Source: Verrucomicrobiota bacterium
GTDB lineage: Bacteria; Verrucomicrobiota; Verrucomicrobiia; Limisphaerales; Palsa-1400
Reading direction: 5' to 3'
Assembly (NCBI GenBank): GCA_049510745.1
Contig: JBEKYR010000001.1
Span: forward strand, 128,001 to 192,000
DNA: 64,000 nucleotides
Made by a program: the position numbers and the translations under genes. The notes under the pieces were generated by a model that had not been told where the DNA came from, searched no databases, and worked only from the letters and a program-made list of their open reading frames with translations. Below are positions 47,903-58,076 of this stretch, in pieces; position 1 is the stretch's first letter; each line of letters starts with the position of its first letter.

Positions 47903-50764
47903 ATGCGCCGCCGCCTCGCCTTCGCTTTCCTGGCCGTCATGGCGGCCCTGGTCCTTGAAACCTCCGCGCGGGGCGCGGCCTCCCCGGCGCCTGCTGTCAA
48001 AATCATTTACTCCCTGCCCGCCGGGGACAGTCCCGCCGGCGCGCTGCTCCAGGGGCTCAACGGCAGTTTCTACGGCGCCACCGCCACGGGCGGCGCGGGC
48101 AATTTCGGAGCGATCTTCGAGGTCACGCCCGGCGGCATCCTGACCAATCTGTACTCGTTCAACGGCGCCAACGGGGCGGCGCCGCTGGCGGGGGTGATCC
48201 AGGACGGCGCCGGCAATCTCTACGGCACGGCTTCGGGGGGCGGTCCGACGAACAAAGGAACGGTTTTTAAAATCTCGCCCGGCGGCGGAATTTCCGTGCT
48301 GGCGGCGTTCTACGGGACCAACGGGGCCAATCCGCAGGCGCCGCTGGCGCGGGGCACCAACGGGTGGTTCTACGGCGCCACCTTCAATGGCGGGGCCAAT
48401 GGAAAGGGCTGCATTTTCCAGGTGAACGCTGCCGGAGTGTTGAGCAATGTCTATTCGTTCAGCGGCAGCGATGGCGCCAATCCCGGCGCGGGATTGATGG
48501 CCGGGACGGATGGCTATCTTTATGGCACGACTGTTTACGGCGGCGCCAATGGGCTGGGCACGGTTTTCCGCCTCACCTATGCCGGCGCGCTGACCAATCT
48601 GGCTTCTTTTTCCAGCAGCAGCGGCTTTTTTCCCGGCGGCTTGGCCGAAGACGCGGGCGGAAATCTTTATGGCGCGACCGTGGACGGCGGCGCGAATTCT
48701 GCCGGAACGATCTTCAAACTCACCCCGCGAAACACCATCCAGACGCTGCTGTCGTTCAACCTTGCCAACGGTTCCAATCCCAACTCCCCCCTCGTCCTGG
48801 GCAGCGACGGCAATTTGTATGGCACAGCCCTGCAAGGCGGCACGAAAGGTTTCGGAACCATTTTCACCGTCAGTCCGTCCGGCCTGTTGAGCGATCTGGT
48901 TTCATTTGCCGTCACCAACGGCGCCTATCCGCATTCACCCCTGATTTTGGGAACGGACGGAAACTTTTACGGAACAACGGCCAGCAGCGCCAACAACTCG
49001 GGAGAGATTTTCCAACTCACCGGCTTCGGCCCCCACATCATCAAGCAACCCGCCAATCAGAAATGGGTCACAAACGGGAGCGCGAGTTTCTCGGTCAAGG
49101 CGGGCGGTTCGGCGCCCTTGGCTTATCAATGGCTCTTTGACGGTTCCGCCATCGCGGGTGCGACCAACTCCAGCTATGGCATCAAGCCCGAACAACTGAC
49201 CAACGCCGGCACCTACGCGGTGATCGTCAGCAATGCCAATGGCTTCGTCACCAGTTCCGACGCAGTGCTGGCCCTTTCCGCGCCGACCATCACCATTAAA
49301 GCGCCGCCCGCCGTCGTCACCAGCAATTCGCTGACCCTCTCCGGCACGGCCGCGGACCGGTTTGGGCTGCAAATGGTCCAATGGCAGACCTACCAAACCA
49401 ACCTCGGCGGCACTTGGCTCACGGCGTCCAACAGCAATCCATGGTCCGCCCTTGTCACCTTGCAACCCGGAACCAATTTCTTTGCGGCCCGGAGCGTCGA
49501 TCTTTTCAACAACTACTCCGTCATCAAGAAGGCGACCGTGTTTTATTCCACGCTGAGTTGGCTGACGCTGCAAACCAACGGCGCCGGTTCGATCATTCCC
49601 GGTTTCAAAGGCTCCAATTTGGTCGTCGGCCGCGGCTATACAGTCCGGGCGGTTCCGGGCGCCGGCCAGTTATTTTCGAATTGGTCGGGCGCCATCTCAA
49701 GAACCAACAATCCGCTGGCTTTCACGATGCAATCCAACATGGTTTTGGCGGCCAACTTTGTGCCGAATCCGTTTCCCCCTGTCACCGGAATCTACAACGG
49801 CTTGTTCTATGACACCAACAACGGCGTGGCGGCGGAAAGCGCGGGGCTGCTGGCCGGCTTGGTCGTGGGCAAACTGGGCGGTTACAGCGGCACGCTCGTT
49901 CTGGCGGGCGTGCGCCACGGTTTGAGCGGCGGCTTTGGCGTGTCGGGCAACGCCAGCCACACCATCAATCGCTCCCGGACCCAGGGCGGACCGCTGGTGG
50001 TGGACCTGACGCTGAATTGGAGCGTCACGCCGCCCCAACTCACCGGCTCGGTTTCTCCGTCCAGCGGCGCGTGGACCGCCGCCCTGTTCGCCGAGCGCGC
50101 GAGCAACACTCTCAATTCGGCGGAATACACGATGCTCCTCCCGCCCGCCACAAACGCGCCGTCCAACTCGCCCCCCGGCTACGGTTACGCCCTCCTGACC
50201 AACCACGCCGGAACCGTCACTCTCAGCGGCAGCGTCGCCGACGGCGCCGCCTTCAGCCAGACCGTCGCCGTGGCGCCATCGGGCGACATTCCGCTCTACG
50301 CCAGTCTCTACGGCAACACCGGTCTGTTGTTTGGCTGGCTTAATCTCAGCAACGGCTTGAGCGGAACCAATCTCTGGTGGGTCCGGCCCGCCTCCTTTTT
50401 CAATTTACTTTACAGCGACGGCTTTACCAACGCGGTCTCGATCTATGGCTCGCCCTGGACCAATCCGCCCATTGCATCGACCAACGGCCAATTGACCATT
50501 GCCGGCGGGAACTTGCCGCAGACGTTGCCGTTCACCGTCGAAATCCTCAATGATCTCCTCCTGCCGCTCTCCGCCACCAACGCGCCGACCAACTCGTTGA
50601 CCGGCTCGATCAATACGAAAACCGGGTACTTGAAAGTGACCTTCGGCGACGGCAACGGCCGGGCCACGCTGGCGGGCAGAGGCGCCTTCCTGCAAAACTC
50701 CAATTTCGGCGGTGGATACTTCACCAACAAAACCAGCGCCGGAACAATCACCTTGCAGCCGTAG
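47903..50764 (+). CDS. Secreted GloVer-type tandem-repeat protein with Ig-like domains
   Basis: Signal peptide, about 7 repeats G(N/Y)LYGTxxxGGxxxxGT(I/V)F, LAYQW...NAGTYAVIVSN Ig domain, FSNWSG B-repeat-like segment. Confidence 0.88.
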   Translation: MRRRLAFAFLAVMAALVLETSARGAASPAPAVKIIYSLPAGDSPAGALLQGLNGSFYGATATGGAGNFGAIFEVTPGGILTNLYSFNGANGAAPLAGVIQDGAGNLYGTASGGGPTNKGTVFKISPGGGISVLAAFYGTNGANPQAPLARGTNGWFYGATFNGGANGKGCIFQVNAAGVLSNVYSFSGSDGANPGAGLMAGTDGYLYGTTVYGGANGLGTVFRLTYAGALTNLASFSSSSGFFPGGLAEDAGGNLYGATVDGGANSAGTIFKLTPRNTIQTLLSFNLANGSNPNSPLVLGSDGNLYGTALQGGTKGFGTIFTVSPSGLLSDLVSFAVTNGAYPHSPLILGTDGNFYGTTASSANNSGEIFQLTGFGPHIIKQPANQKWVTNGSASFSVKAGGSAPLAYQWLFDGSAIAGATNSSYGIKPEQLTNAGTYAVIVSNANGFVTSSDAVLALSAPTITIKAPPAVVTSNSLTLSGTAADRFGLQMVQWQTYQTNLGGTWLTASNSNPWSALVTLQPGTNFFAARSVDLFNNYSVIKKATVFYSTLSWLTLQTNGAGSIIPGFKGSNLVVGRGYTVRAVPGAGQLFSNWSGAISRTNNPLAFTMQSNMVLAANFVPNPFPPVTGIYNGLFYDTNNGVAAESAGLLAGLVVGKLGGYSGTLVLAGVRHGLSGGFGVSGNASHTINRSRTQGGPLVVDLTLNWSVTPPQLTGSVSPSSGAWTAALFAERASNTLNSAEYTMLLPPATNAPSNSPPGYGYALLTNHAGTVTLSGSVADGAAFSQTVAVAPSGDIPLYASLYGNTGLLFGWLNLSNGLSGTNLWWVRPASFFNLLYSDGFTNAVSIYGSPWTNPPIASTNGQLTIAGGNLPQTLPFTVEILNDLLLPLSATNAPTNSLTGSINTKTGYLKVTFGDGNGRATLAGRGAFLQNSNFGGGYFTNKTSAGTITLQP

Positions 50765-50815
50765 CGGCGGCGGCGGCGCCTTGCTTTTGCGGCGGGTTCG
50801 GGGTAAGGGTTAACC

Positions 50816-51037
50816 ATGAGCGTAACCGGAAAAGTCAAGAATGGCGTGGTTGTTCTGCCGCCGGGAACAAAGTTTCCGGAAGGCGCTGAGGTGAGAATAG
50901 AAACCGGTGAACCTGCGCCGCAAGACGATCCGTTCCTCGCCGCCGCGCTCAAAGCGGCCAAACCGCGCCCGCACTGGCCCAAAGACTACGCCCTCAACCA
51001 CGGCCACTACATCAGCGGAGAACCGAAGAAATCGTGA
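50816..51037 (+). CDS. Putative antitoxin
   Basis: 73 aa directly upstream of a PIN gene with GTGA overlap; paralog of 16935-17171. Confidence 0.8.
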   Translation: MSVTGKVKNGVVVLPPGTKFPEGAEVRIETGEPAPQDDPFLAAALKAAKPRPHWPKDYALNHGHYISGEPKKS

Positions 51038-51432
51038 GCGTCGCCTTCGCCGACACATTTTTCCACCTGGCCTTGCTGCGGGAAGATGACCCGGCTCACG
51101 CGCGCGCAATGGCCAATGTGATGCTCAACCAGCCCATCGTTACCACCGAGTTTGTTCTGTTGGAGTTGGGCAACGCCTGCGCCCGCGCCGCGGACCACGC
51201 GGACTTTCTGGCGCTTGTCGCGGGAATGCGCGCCAGCCCGCGCGTCCGCATCATCCCGCTTGACTCGCGCTTGTTGAACCGTGGGCTTGAGCGCATGGCC
51301 ACCCGTCCGGACAAGGATTGGTCGCTGACCGACTGCATTTCCTTTCTGGTCATGGAAGACGAGGACATCAAGGAAGCGCTAACGGCTGACCGGCATTTCG
51401 AGCAGGCGGGCTTCACTGCTCTGCTGAAATAG
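51034..51432 (+). CDS. vapC: VapC/PIN-domain toxin
   Basis: FADT, VLLE, SLTDCISF, LTADRHFEQAGF. Confidence 0.93.
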   Translation: MSVAFADTFFHLALLREDDPAHARAMANVMLNQPIVTTEFVLLELGNACARAADHADFLALVAGMRASPRVRIIPLDSRLLNRGLERMATRPDKDWSLTDCISFLVMEDEDIKEALTADRHFEQAGFTALLK

Positions 51433-51514
51433 AGCGGCCCAGGGGCATTTATTCAGCGTCCATATCAAGTCAAACTATCCAAGTCTTTGGAGGCGATACG
51501 CCGCTCGGGCCTGC

Positions 51515-52510
51515 TTACGCCGCCGCGCTTCCCAAAATCTTCCGCGCGGCCTGCGCGACGCTCTCGGCCAGTTCGGGCGGCTGCACAACACTCGCGTTGC
51601 CCGCCCACCCCAAGACCCACCGTTCCACTTCGGCCAGGCTGGAAAGTTTCAGGCGCAATTCCACGCCGCCCTCCGGCAACTCGCGCAATTGCTGGGACTC
51701 GTGCCAGCGCTTTTCCCGGATGTAGTCGGCGGCCAGTTCGTTGAAGCGCAACACCACCTCGAAATTTCCCTGGCCTGACTGCACGCCAAAACTGTCGCGC
51801 AACCGCTTCTCGAGCGAAAATTTTTGCGGACGGGCAAAGGTCCTGCCCGTCGGCTCCACTGCCAGAATGCGCGCCGGGACAAAGGTGCGGATGTCCCGCC
51901 GCAAATGGCACCAGGCGAAAAGGAACCATTCGCCGTTGATGTTGGCCAGGTGGTAGGGATCGACCACGCGCAATTCCGTGGCCCGCTGGCCGGGTTTGCG
52001 ATATGTCAACTGCAATTGCGTGCGCTGTGCCACCGCCTTGGCCAGCGCGTCAAAGGTCTCCAGCTTCACTATCGGCTCCGCCCGCATCCGAAACGAAATG
52101 GTCTGTTCCCAGTCGGCGATGTTCAAGGAAACGGTGTCGGGCAGCGAGGCGGCCATTTTTTTGAAGGCGCTGATCAGCGGCCGCTCGAAGGCCGTGCCGC
52201 GATATTGCTGCAGGGCCTTTTCCGCCACCAGCAGCGCGAACAATTCGCCCTCGGTGATTTGCAGGGTGGGAAAAGCGCCGACCTCCTGGGTGTAATGGTA
52301 GCCCTTGTGCGCCGCCTCGTAGGCCAGCGGCAGCTCCAGACGGTCGCGCATGAACTCCAGGTCGCGGTGAATGGATTTGGTGCTCACCTCCAGGCTGGCG
52401 GCCAGGGTGACGGCGTTGGGATGACGGCCCGATTGCAGGGCCTGATGAATCCGCAGCATCCGCTCCAGCGGCGGACGGGAGTGGAGCGTCTTTTCAGGTT
52501 TCGCTTTCAC
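51515..52510 (-). CDS. HTH-WYL-WCX transcriptional regulator (PafB/PafC/YafY-like)
   Basis: LEVSTKSIHRDLEFMR HTH; VDPYHL...WFLFAWCHLRRDIRTFVPARI; WHESQ; WVLGWA. Confidence 0.93.
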   Translation of the reverse strand: MKAKPEKTLHSRPPLERMLRIHQALQSGRHPNAVTLAASLEVSTKSIHRDLEFMRDRLELPLAYEAAHKGYHYTQEVGAFPTLQITEGELFALLVAEKALQQYRGTAFERPLISAFKKMAASLPDTVSLNIADWEQTISFRMRAEPIVKLETFDALAKAVAQRTQLQLTYRKPGQRATELRVVDPYHLANINGEWFLFAWCHLRRDIRTFVPARILAVEPTGRTFARPQKFSLEKRLRDSFGVQSGQGNFEVVLRFNELAADYIREKRWHESQQLRELPEGGVELRLKLSSLAEVERWVLGWAGNASVVQPPELAESVAQAARKILGSAAA

Positions 52511-52541
52511 ACCCGGTGAACGCTCGGAACGAAATCCGGGC

Positions 52542-53669
52542 TTAGACGATCTTGGAGAGCAACTCCTCGTTGGTCTTGTATTTCTTCAACGCCGTCAGCA
52601 ACGTCTCCATCGCCTCGATCGGGTTGAGATCGACCATCATGCGGCGCAGCTTGCGGATCGCCTCCATGTTCTTGGGCGGAAAGAGCTTCTCTTCCTTGCG
52701 CGTGCCGCTCTTGGGGATGTCCAGCGCGGGGAAGAGCCGGCGGTCGGAGAGCTTGCGCTCCAAAATCAACTCCATGTTCCCGGTGCCTTTGAATTCCTGA
52801 AAAATCAATTCGTCCATGCGCGATCCCGTATCGACCAGCGCGGTGGCAATGATGGTCAGCGAGCCGCCTTCCTCGATCTTGCGCGCCGAGGCGAACATCT
52901 TCCGCGGAATTTCCAGCGCGCGGGCATCGACGCCGCCCGTCATGGTGCGTCCGCTGCCCCCATGCACGCTGTTGTAGGCGCGCGCCACGCGGGTGATCGA
53001 ATCGAGCAGCACGAAAACGTCCCGCCCGCTCTCCACCATGCGGCGGCAGCGTTCGATCATGAACCGGGAGAGGCGGACGTGGGTTTCAAGGTCCTGATCG
53101 TTGGACGACGCCACCACCTCGGCTTTGACCGACCGCTGGAAGTCGGTGACTTCCTCCGGCCGCTCGTCGATCAACAGCACCATGGCGTAAATATCCGGGT
53201 GATTGGCGGAGACGGCGTTGGCGATCTGCTTGAGAATGGTGGTCTTGCCCGTGCGCGGGGGGGCGACGATCAACCCGCGGGTGCCCTTGCCGATGGGCGT
53301 GACCAGGTCGATAATGCGGGTTTCCAGCAAATCGGGCGCGGTTTCGAGGTTGATTTTCTCGATGGGATCGATGGTCGTCAGGTTCTCGAAACGGACGTTC
53401 TTGGTGTAGGCGTCGAAAGGCTGTTCGTTGACCTTGTCCACGGATTTGAGCTGGGGGCTGTTGCCGCGGTGGGGCGGCTGGGTTTCCCCGGCCACCAGGC
53501 AGCCCTCGCGCAGGAAGTTGCGCTTGATCGTATCGGGCGTGACAAAGATGTCGCTCGGCTTGGGATGGTAATTGTTTTCCTTGGTGCGAAGGAAGCCGAA
53601 GCCTTTTTCTGAAATTTCAAGGAAACCTGCTCCGTAGTCGGTTGCCGTGGCGCTGGGCGCTGTAGTCAT
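52542..53669 (-). CDS. rho: Transcription termination factor Rho (short form)
   Basis: GFGFLR, PIGKGTRGLIVAPPRTGKT, LIDERPEEVTD, LDSITR, EFKGTGNME, SGTRKEE. Confidence 0.96.
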   Translation of the reverse strand: MTTAPSATATDYGAGFLEISEKGFGFLRTKENNYHPKPSDIFVTPDTIKRNFLREGCLVAGETQPPHRGNSPQLKSVDKVNEQPFDAYTKNVRFENLTTIDPIEKINLETAPDLLETRIIDLVTPIGKGTRGLIVAPPRTGKTTILKQIANAVSANHPDIYAMVLLIDERPEEVTDFQRSVKAEVVASSNDQDLETHVRLSRFMIERCRRMVESGRDVFVLLDSITRVARAYNSVHGGSGRTMTGGVDARALEIPRKMFASARKIEEGGSLTIIATALVDTGSRMDELIFQEFKGTGNMELILERKLSDRRLFPALDIPKSGTRKEEKLFPPKNMEAIRKLRRMMVDLNPIEAMETLLTALKKYKTNEELLSKIV

Positions 53670-53860
53670 AGATTTTAAATGTAAATATGCCGAGGCCTTG
53701 CCTGAATCTGCCCCGAAAAATCACCTATCTTTGAACTTGGAATTTTTGGAGGACCATGGCGCCGCGCTCTCGGATTCTTCCGGCGCGCGCCCGGTCAGAC
53801 CTTCAACATCCCGATCATCGGCCCAAAAGCCGATTTATGCAACTATTTTTTTAACCCTGT

Positions 53861-54844
53861 TTACCCCCCCACTTCCGCCTTGGCTTCGGCGGCCAGCGGC
53901 GTGCTCAGGTAACGTTCCCCGGTCGAGCAGGCCAGCGTCACGATCATTTTCCCCTTGTTCTCGGGCCGTCTGGCCACCTGCAATGCCGCCGTCACGTTGG
54001 CCCCCGTCGAAATGCCCACCAGCAACCCCTCCTCCTTCGCCAGCCGCCGCGCCATGGCAAACGACTCGTCGTTGCTGACCTGCACGCACTCGACGATCTG
54101 CGGATTCCCCTTGCTGTCCTTCAAATGCAAGTTCTTGGGTATGAACCCCGCGCCCGTCCCTTGGATCTTGTGCGGCCCCGGCTTGAGCGGCTGTCCGGCC
54201 AGGCATTGCGAGATCACCGGCGAATCCTTCGGTTCCACTGCAATGGCCTGAAACGACGGTTTCCGCGCCTTGATGACCTCCACGCATCCGGTAATCGTCC
54301 CCCCGGTCCCGACCGCCGACACCAAAATATCGACTTTGCCGTCCGTATCGCTCCAAATCTCTTCCGCTGTCGTTTTGCGATGGATTTCCGGGTTGGCCGG
54401 ATTCTCGAATTGCTGTGGAATCCAGGAATTGGGCGTTTCGCGGGCCACTTGTTCGGCGCGGGCGATGGCCCCTTTCATCCCTTCGCTGCCCGGCGTCAGC
54501 ACCAGTTTGGCGCCCAACAGCGCCAGCAACGTCCGCCGCTCCAGCGACATCGTGTCGGGCATGGTCAAAATCAGTTTGTACCCCTTGGCGGCGGCGACAA
54601 AGGCCAGGGCGATGCCGGTATTGCCGCTGGTCGGCTCAATGATGACCGTGTCCTTCTTGACGATGCCGCGCCGTTCGGCGTCCTCGATCATCGCCATGCC
54701 GATGCGGTCCTTGACGCTGCCGAGCGGATTGAAAAACTCGCATTTGAGCAGGACGGTGGCATCAACCCCCTCGGTGACCCGGTTAAGGCGAACCAGGGGG
54801 GTGCGTCCGACCGTTTCGACGATATTCTTATAGATGTGTGCCAT
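53861..54844 (-). CDS. cysK: Cysteine synthase A
   Basis: [34 protein letters not shown]. Confidence 0.97.
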   Translation of the reverse strand: MAHIYKNIVETVGRTPLVRLNRVTEGVDATVLLKCEFFNPLGSVKDRIGMAMIEDAERRGIVKKDTVIIEPTSGNTGIALAFVAAAKGYKLILTMPDTMSLERRTLLALLGAKLVLTPGSEGMKGAIARAEQVARETPNSWIPQQFENPANPEIHRKTTAEEIWSDTDGKVDILVSAVGTGGTITGCVEVIKARKPSFQAIAVEPKDSPVISQCLAGQPLKPGPHKIQGTGAGFIPKNLHLKDSKGNPQIVECVQVSNDESFAMARRLAKEEGLLVGISTGANVTAALQVARRPENKGKMIVTLACSTGERYLSTPLAAEAKAEVGG

Positions 54845-54944
54845 GAGAAAATGAACAGTTCGTGTTTTGTCACTTTACGCGGGGATATTGTCCGATTGGC
54901 CGCCAAGGGCAAGAACTTTTTACAATCGTAATCATATTATCATT

Positions 54945-57347
54945 TTAGGGGTCCGACGCATTTGCCCCCGGAATTGTCCCCCCGAATCCCCCTCTCCCTG
55001 CCAGAAACCAGCCGGCGGCCAGGACCAGCATTCCCCCCGCGCTCAGCATCACGCCAATCCGCAGACTCTCCGGACGATAGGAAAAGCCTATCGTGGATTT
55101 TCCCGCGGGAAGCGCGACCGCGCGGAAGTTGTAATCCGCCCGGAAGATCGGCGCCGGCTCGCCGTTCACGGTGGCGGACCAGCCGGGGAAGCAGGTGTCC
55201 AGCAACAGGAGATAACCGGGACGCGGGAGGGACGCGTCAATGCTGATGTCATCCGGCTCATAGGAGACGATGCGCACGGAGCCGGCGGCATTTGTCCCGG
55301 CGTAGTTGTCGGCGACCGGGTGCTTCGGCGGCGCCGGCTGATCTTCGAGGAGCAAAACCTGGCGCGGGTCAAATCCGGGCGCGGAGACGCGGGCAAGCAC
55401 GTCGGCGCGATCCGGCAACACTTGATAATCGTACACCAGCAGGGCGCGGTCGTGGCGCCGTTTGTAGCGGTAGATTGCAATCTCCTTTGAATAGACCAAC
55501 TCAAACATGTCCGGGTTGACGGTTTGGGCCGTGGGTGACAGCACGTATTTTACAGCCAGGAGCGGGAACGTCTTTGGCCAGTCCTTCACGTCCGCGTAGA
55601 AATAGTACTCGCCCGCCCGTCCGGTGATCAACTCCTCATAGCGTCGCACCGCCATGTAATCGCATCCTCGCGCGTCACTGAGGCCGAAAACTTCCGCGCA
55701 GTCCGGCTCCAACATCGTCCCGCCCCCGAAAATTCTAAAAAGCGAGTCGTCCTTTTGCAGCCATTCTATCGCCGGGGTCCGCGGATAGTAGCGGTCGCGG
55801 GTGATCGCCGGGTTGAAGCCAGTTCCGAACCAGAGCAGATCCGCCGCGGTCCAACTCAAACATACCAGCGTCGGCGCCCAGCCATTTCGAGGCGCGGACC
55901 ATAAGCCCAAAAGGACCGCGACCATCATTCCACCGGCCAGAATAAGAAACTGCCGGCGGAGAAAGGCCCAGTGGGAGGTATCCAACGTCGGAAGTTTCGC
56001 GCCCGTGGCCAGCCAAAGCCAAATCATCGCCGCTCCCACCACCGCGCAAAAACCAACCGTCACCATCAGCGTGCCTCGATCAGTCCTCCTTCGGCTCAAT
56101 TCATCCCAGCCCAACCCGGCCAGAACCGCCACGCTGAAGCCCACCATGAGAAGCAGGCGCATCTCGTCCACGTCGCGCAGAATGGGCAACTCCCTGACCA
56201 GGGCCGGAAAGGGCGGCGCGCCGCACATCACCAGGACGCAGCCCAGGGCGAGAAACGCATAGAATTTGGTCAATGCGCATCGCCGGAGCGCGATGCCGCA
56301 GGCCGCCAGAAACAGCGGCAGGATTCCCACGTATCCCGTTCTCTCATTGAAATTGCCCGGCTGTCTCCAGCCCAGCAGTTGGGGCAGGTCCTCAAATCCT
56401 TTGACCGGATTGCCCAACGCATTGGGCAGCAGAAAATGAATCAGCGACTTTGGGTTGAGGTGAAATGCCCATCGTTGCGCCAAGGCCGAGGCCTGAGCGG
56501 CCGAGCTTTCGCGGTAATACTCCAGAAAAGGCAGTATCTGGGGCGCTGCCAGGAGCAATCCAACCGCCACCGAACCGGCCAGCAATCCTGCCCGGAGAAA
56601 CCCCTGCTCGCGGCGATGCTCAATGAGCCGGAAAAGGAAATAGAGCACCACGACCATCGTGACATGGATGGCGGTCGACGGGTGGCCTCCCAGGATCATG
56701 CAGGCAAAGGCGAACGCAAAACCGCCCCAGGCGCGAAGAGCGGGCGCCGCCATCGCATTCGCCCGCCCGTCCCTGAATGATTTCTCCACGAAGTAGAGCA
56801 ACAGCGGCAGCCACATCGCCGCGTTGACGTGCGGATGCCCCAGCCAGACAATCATAAAACCCGACAGGCAAAAGACCAGCCCTGCCAGAAAGGCCGCCGC
56901 GTGCGACACCCCCAGCAGCCGGACGTAAAGCAGCGTGAACCATCCGGCCAGGCAAAGTTTTAGAAATGCGCCCGGTCCACTCGCCGAAAATGGGTCCAGC
57001 GGCGACAACAGCAGGCGAATCGGAAAGAGCAGCGCCCCTTGAATGGCGCCGAGATTGGGCGCGCCACAGCACAGGCTCGGGTTCCACAGGGGAAATCTCT
57101 TTTGCTGGTGAACGAACTCCTGGGTCGGAAGGAAAACCGAGTATTGATCGACCAGCAGAGGGTTCGACGGACGGATGCCCTCATGCCACGGCGGCCAGTT
57201 CAGGATTCCATCCGCCGGAACCAATCCTTTGCCGGAAAACAATGACTCGTGCAACAGGATGAGCACCACGCCCGCCAGCGCCGCAAACCAGCAAAGCTCG
57301 CGGGTTCTCGCGGACGCCAAAGCCTTTCGGGATAGTTCTGCAATCAT
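54945..57347 (-). CDS. YfhO-family (GT-C fold) membrane protein
   Basis: PLWNP...GAP, many TM helices, YVGILP, C-terminal PGWSATVNG...RA...YRP. Confidence 0.88.
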   Translation of the reverse strand: MIAELSRKALASARTRELCWFAALAGVVLILLHESLFSGKGLVPADGILNWPPWHEGIRPSNPLLVDQYSVFLPTQEFVHQQKRFPLWNPSLCCGAPNLGAIQGALLFPIRLLLSPLDPFSASGPGAFLKLCLAGWFTLLYVRLLGVSHAAAFLAGLVFCLSGFMIVWLGHPHVNAAMWLPLLLYFVEKSFRDGRANAMAAPALRAWGGFAFAFACMILGGHPSTAIHVTMVVVLYFLFRLIEHRREQGFLRAGLLAGSVAVGLLLAAPQILPFLEYYRESSAAQASALAQRWAFHLNPKSLIHFLLPNALGNPVKGFEDLPQLLGWRQPGNFNERTGYVGILPLFLAACGIALRRCALTKFYAFLALGCVLVMCGAPPFPALVRELPILRDVDEMRLLLMVGFSVAVLAGLGWDELSRRRTDRGTLMVTVGFCAVVGAAMIWLWLATGAKLPTLDTSHWAFLRRQFLILAGGMMVAVLLGLWSAPRNGWAPTLVCLSWTAADLLWFGTGFNPAITRDRYYPRTPAIEWLQKDDSLFRIFGGGTMLEPDCAEVFGLSDARGCDYMAVRRYEELITGRAGEYYFYADVKDWPKTFPLLAVKYVLSPTAQTVNPDMFELVYSKEIAIYRYKRRHDRALLVYDYQVLPDRADVLARVSAPGFDPRQVLLLEDQPAPPKHPVADNYAGTNAAGSVRIVSYEPDDISIDASLPRPGYLLLLDTCFPGWSATVNGEPAPIFRADYNFRAVALPAGKSTIGFSYRPESLRIGVMLSAGGMLVLAAGWFLAGRGGFGGTIPGANASDP

Positions 57348-57430
57348 TCTGCAATCATGGTTGCCCGGCGTATTCGGCGGTCACCGCCCTGAATTTGATT
57401 CGCCCGCCTCCCCCGCCATGCCAATCGCCT
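57345..57430. repeat. Direct repeat copy 1 (~87 bp) flanking the TA module
   Basis: Matches 57990-58076 with 5 substitutions and 1 indel. Confidence 0.92.
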
Positions 57431-57447
57431 TCCGCTTGTTCACAAAC

Positions 57448-57744
57448 TTAAAATAGTCTCCGGCGAATCGCCTTTGGATCCTGCCGCAGATCCAAGACCG
57501 CCGCGATGATGATTCGCGACGCTTGCACCTGGTAGAAAATACCGTACGGAAAGTCCCGGATCAGCATACGGCGATACGGACCACCATAAACTGGCGCAAT
57601 TTCAGGGTGCCGCCGCAGAAGACTCAACGCAGCATCCAATTGACCCATAAACAGTTCACCCCGGCCGGCCTGATAATCTTCGTAACGATTAAATGCCGCC
57701 TGAATGTCAAGATCGGCCTGCAGCAGCAGGAGAAGATCGATCAT
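57448..57744 (-). CDS. RelE/ParE-family toxin
   Basis: ADLDI...YE...G..F...P...RRMLIRDFPYGIFY...AVLDLRQDP. Confidence 0.9.
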   Translation of the reverse strand: MIDLLLLLQADLDIQAAFNRYEDYQAGRGELFMGQLDAALSLLRRHPEIAPVYGGPYRRMLIRDFPYGIFYQVQASRIIIAAVLDLRQDPKAIRRRLF

Positions 57745-57965
57745 GACCGTGGGCCGAGGATTCGCTCCTTGACCGCTTCCCAAGTGGTGAATTGATCTGG
57801 ATGCTGGCGAAAGTGCTCCATCCGACGGTCCAATCCCTCGATGATCTCGCGCGCGACGGGCACTTGCGAGGGATTGGCCTCGAGATCGTTCCACAGTTCC
57901 GACACAAACATCAGCTTTTCTGAAGCGGAAAGCCGCTGCACCTCCGGAAACTTCTCAAGAATCAT
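57741..57965 (-). CDS. Addiction-module antitoxin component
   Basis: LSASEKLMFVSELWNDL...LDRR...TWEAVKERI; ATGA overlap with the toxin. Confidence 0.9.
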   Translation of the reverse strand: MILEKFPEVQRLSASEKLMFVSELWNDLEANPSQVPVAREIIEGLDRRMEHFRQHPDQFTTWEAVKERILGPRS

Positions 57966-57989
57966 GGGCCTAATATAGCGGTTCGCGAC

Positions 57990-58076
57990 CATTCTGCAAT
58001 CATGGATTGCCCGGCGTAATTGGCGGTCACCGCCCTGAATTTGGTTCGCCCGCCTCCCCCGCCACCCCAATCGCCT
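57990..58076. repeat. Direct repeat copy 2, includes the 3' end of the dehydrogenase gene
   Basis: Matches 57345-57430. Confidence 0.92.
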
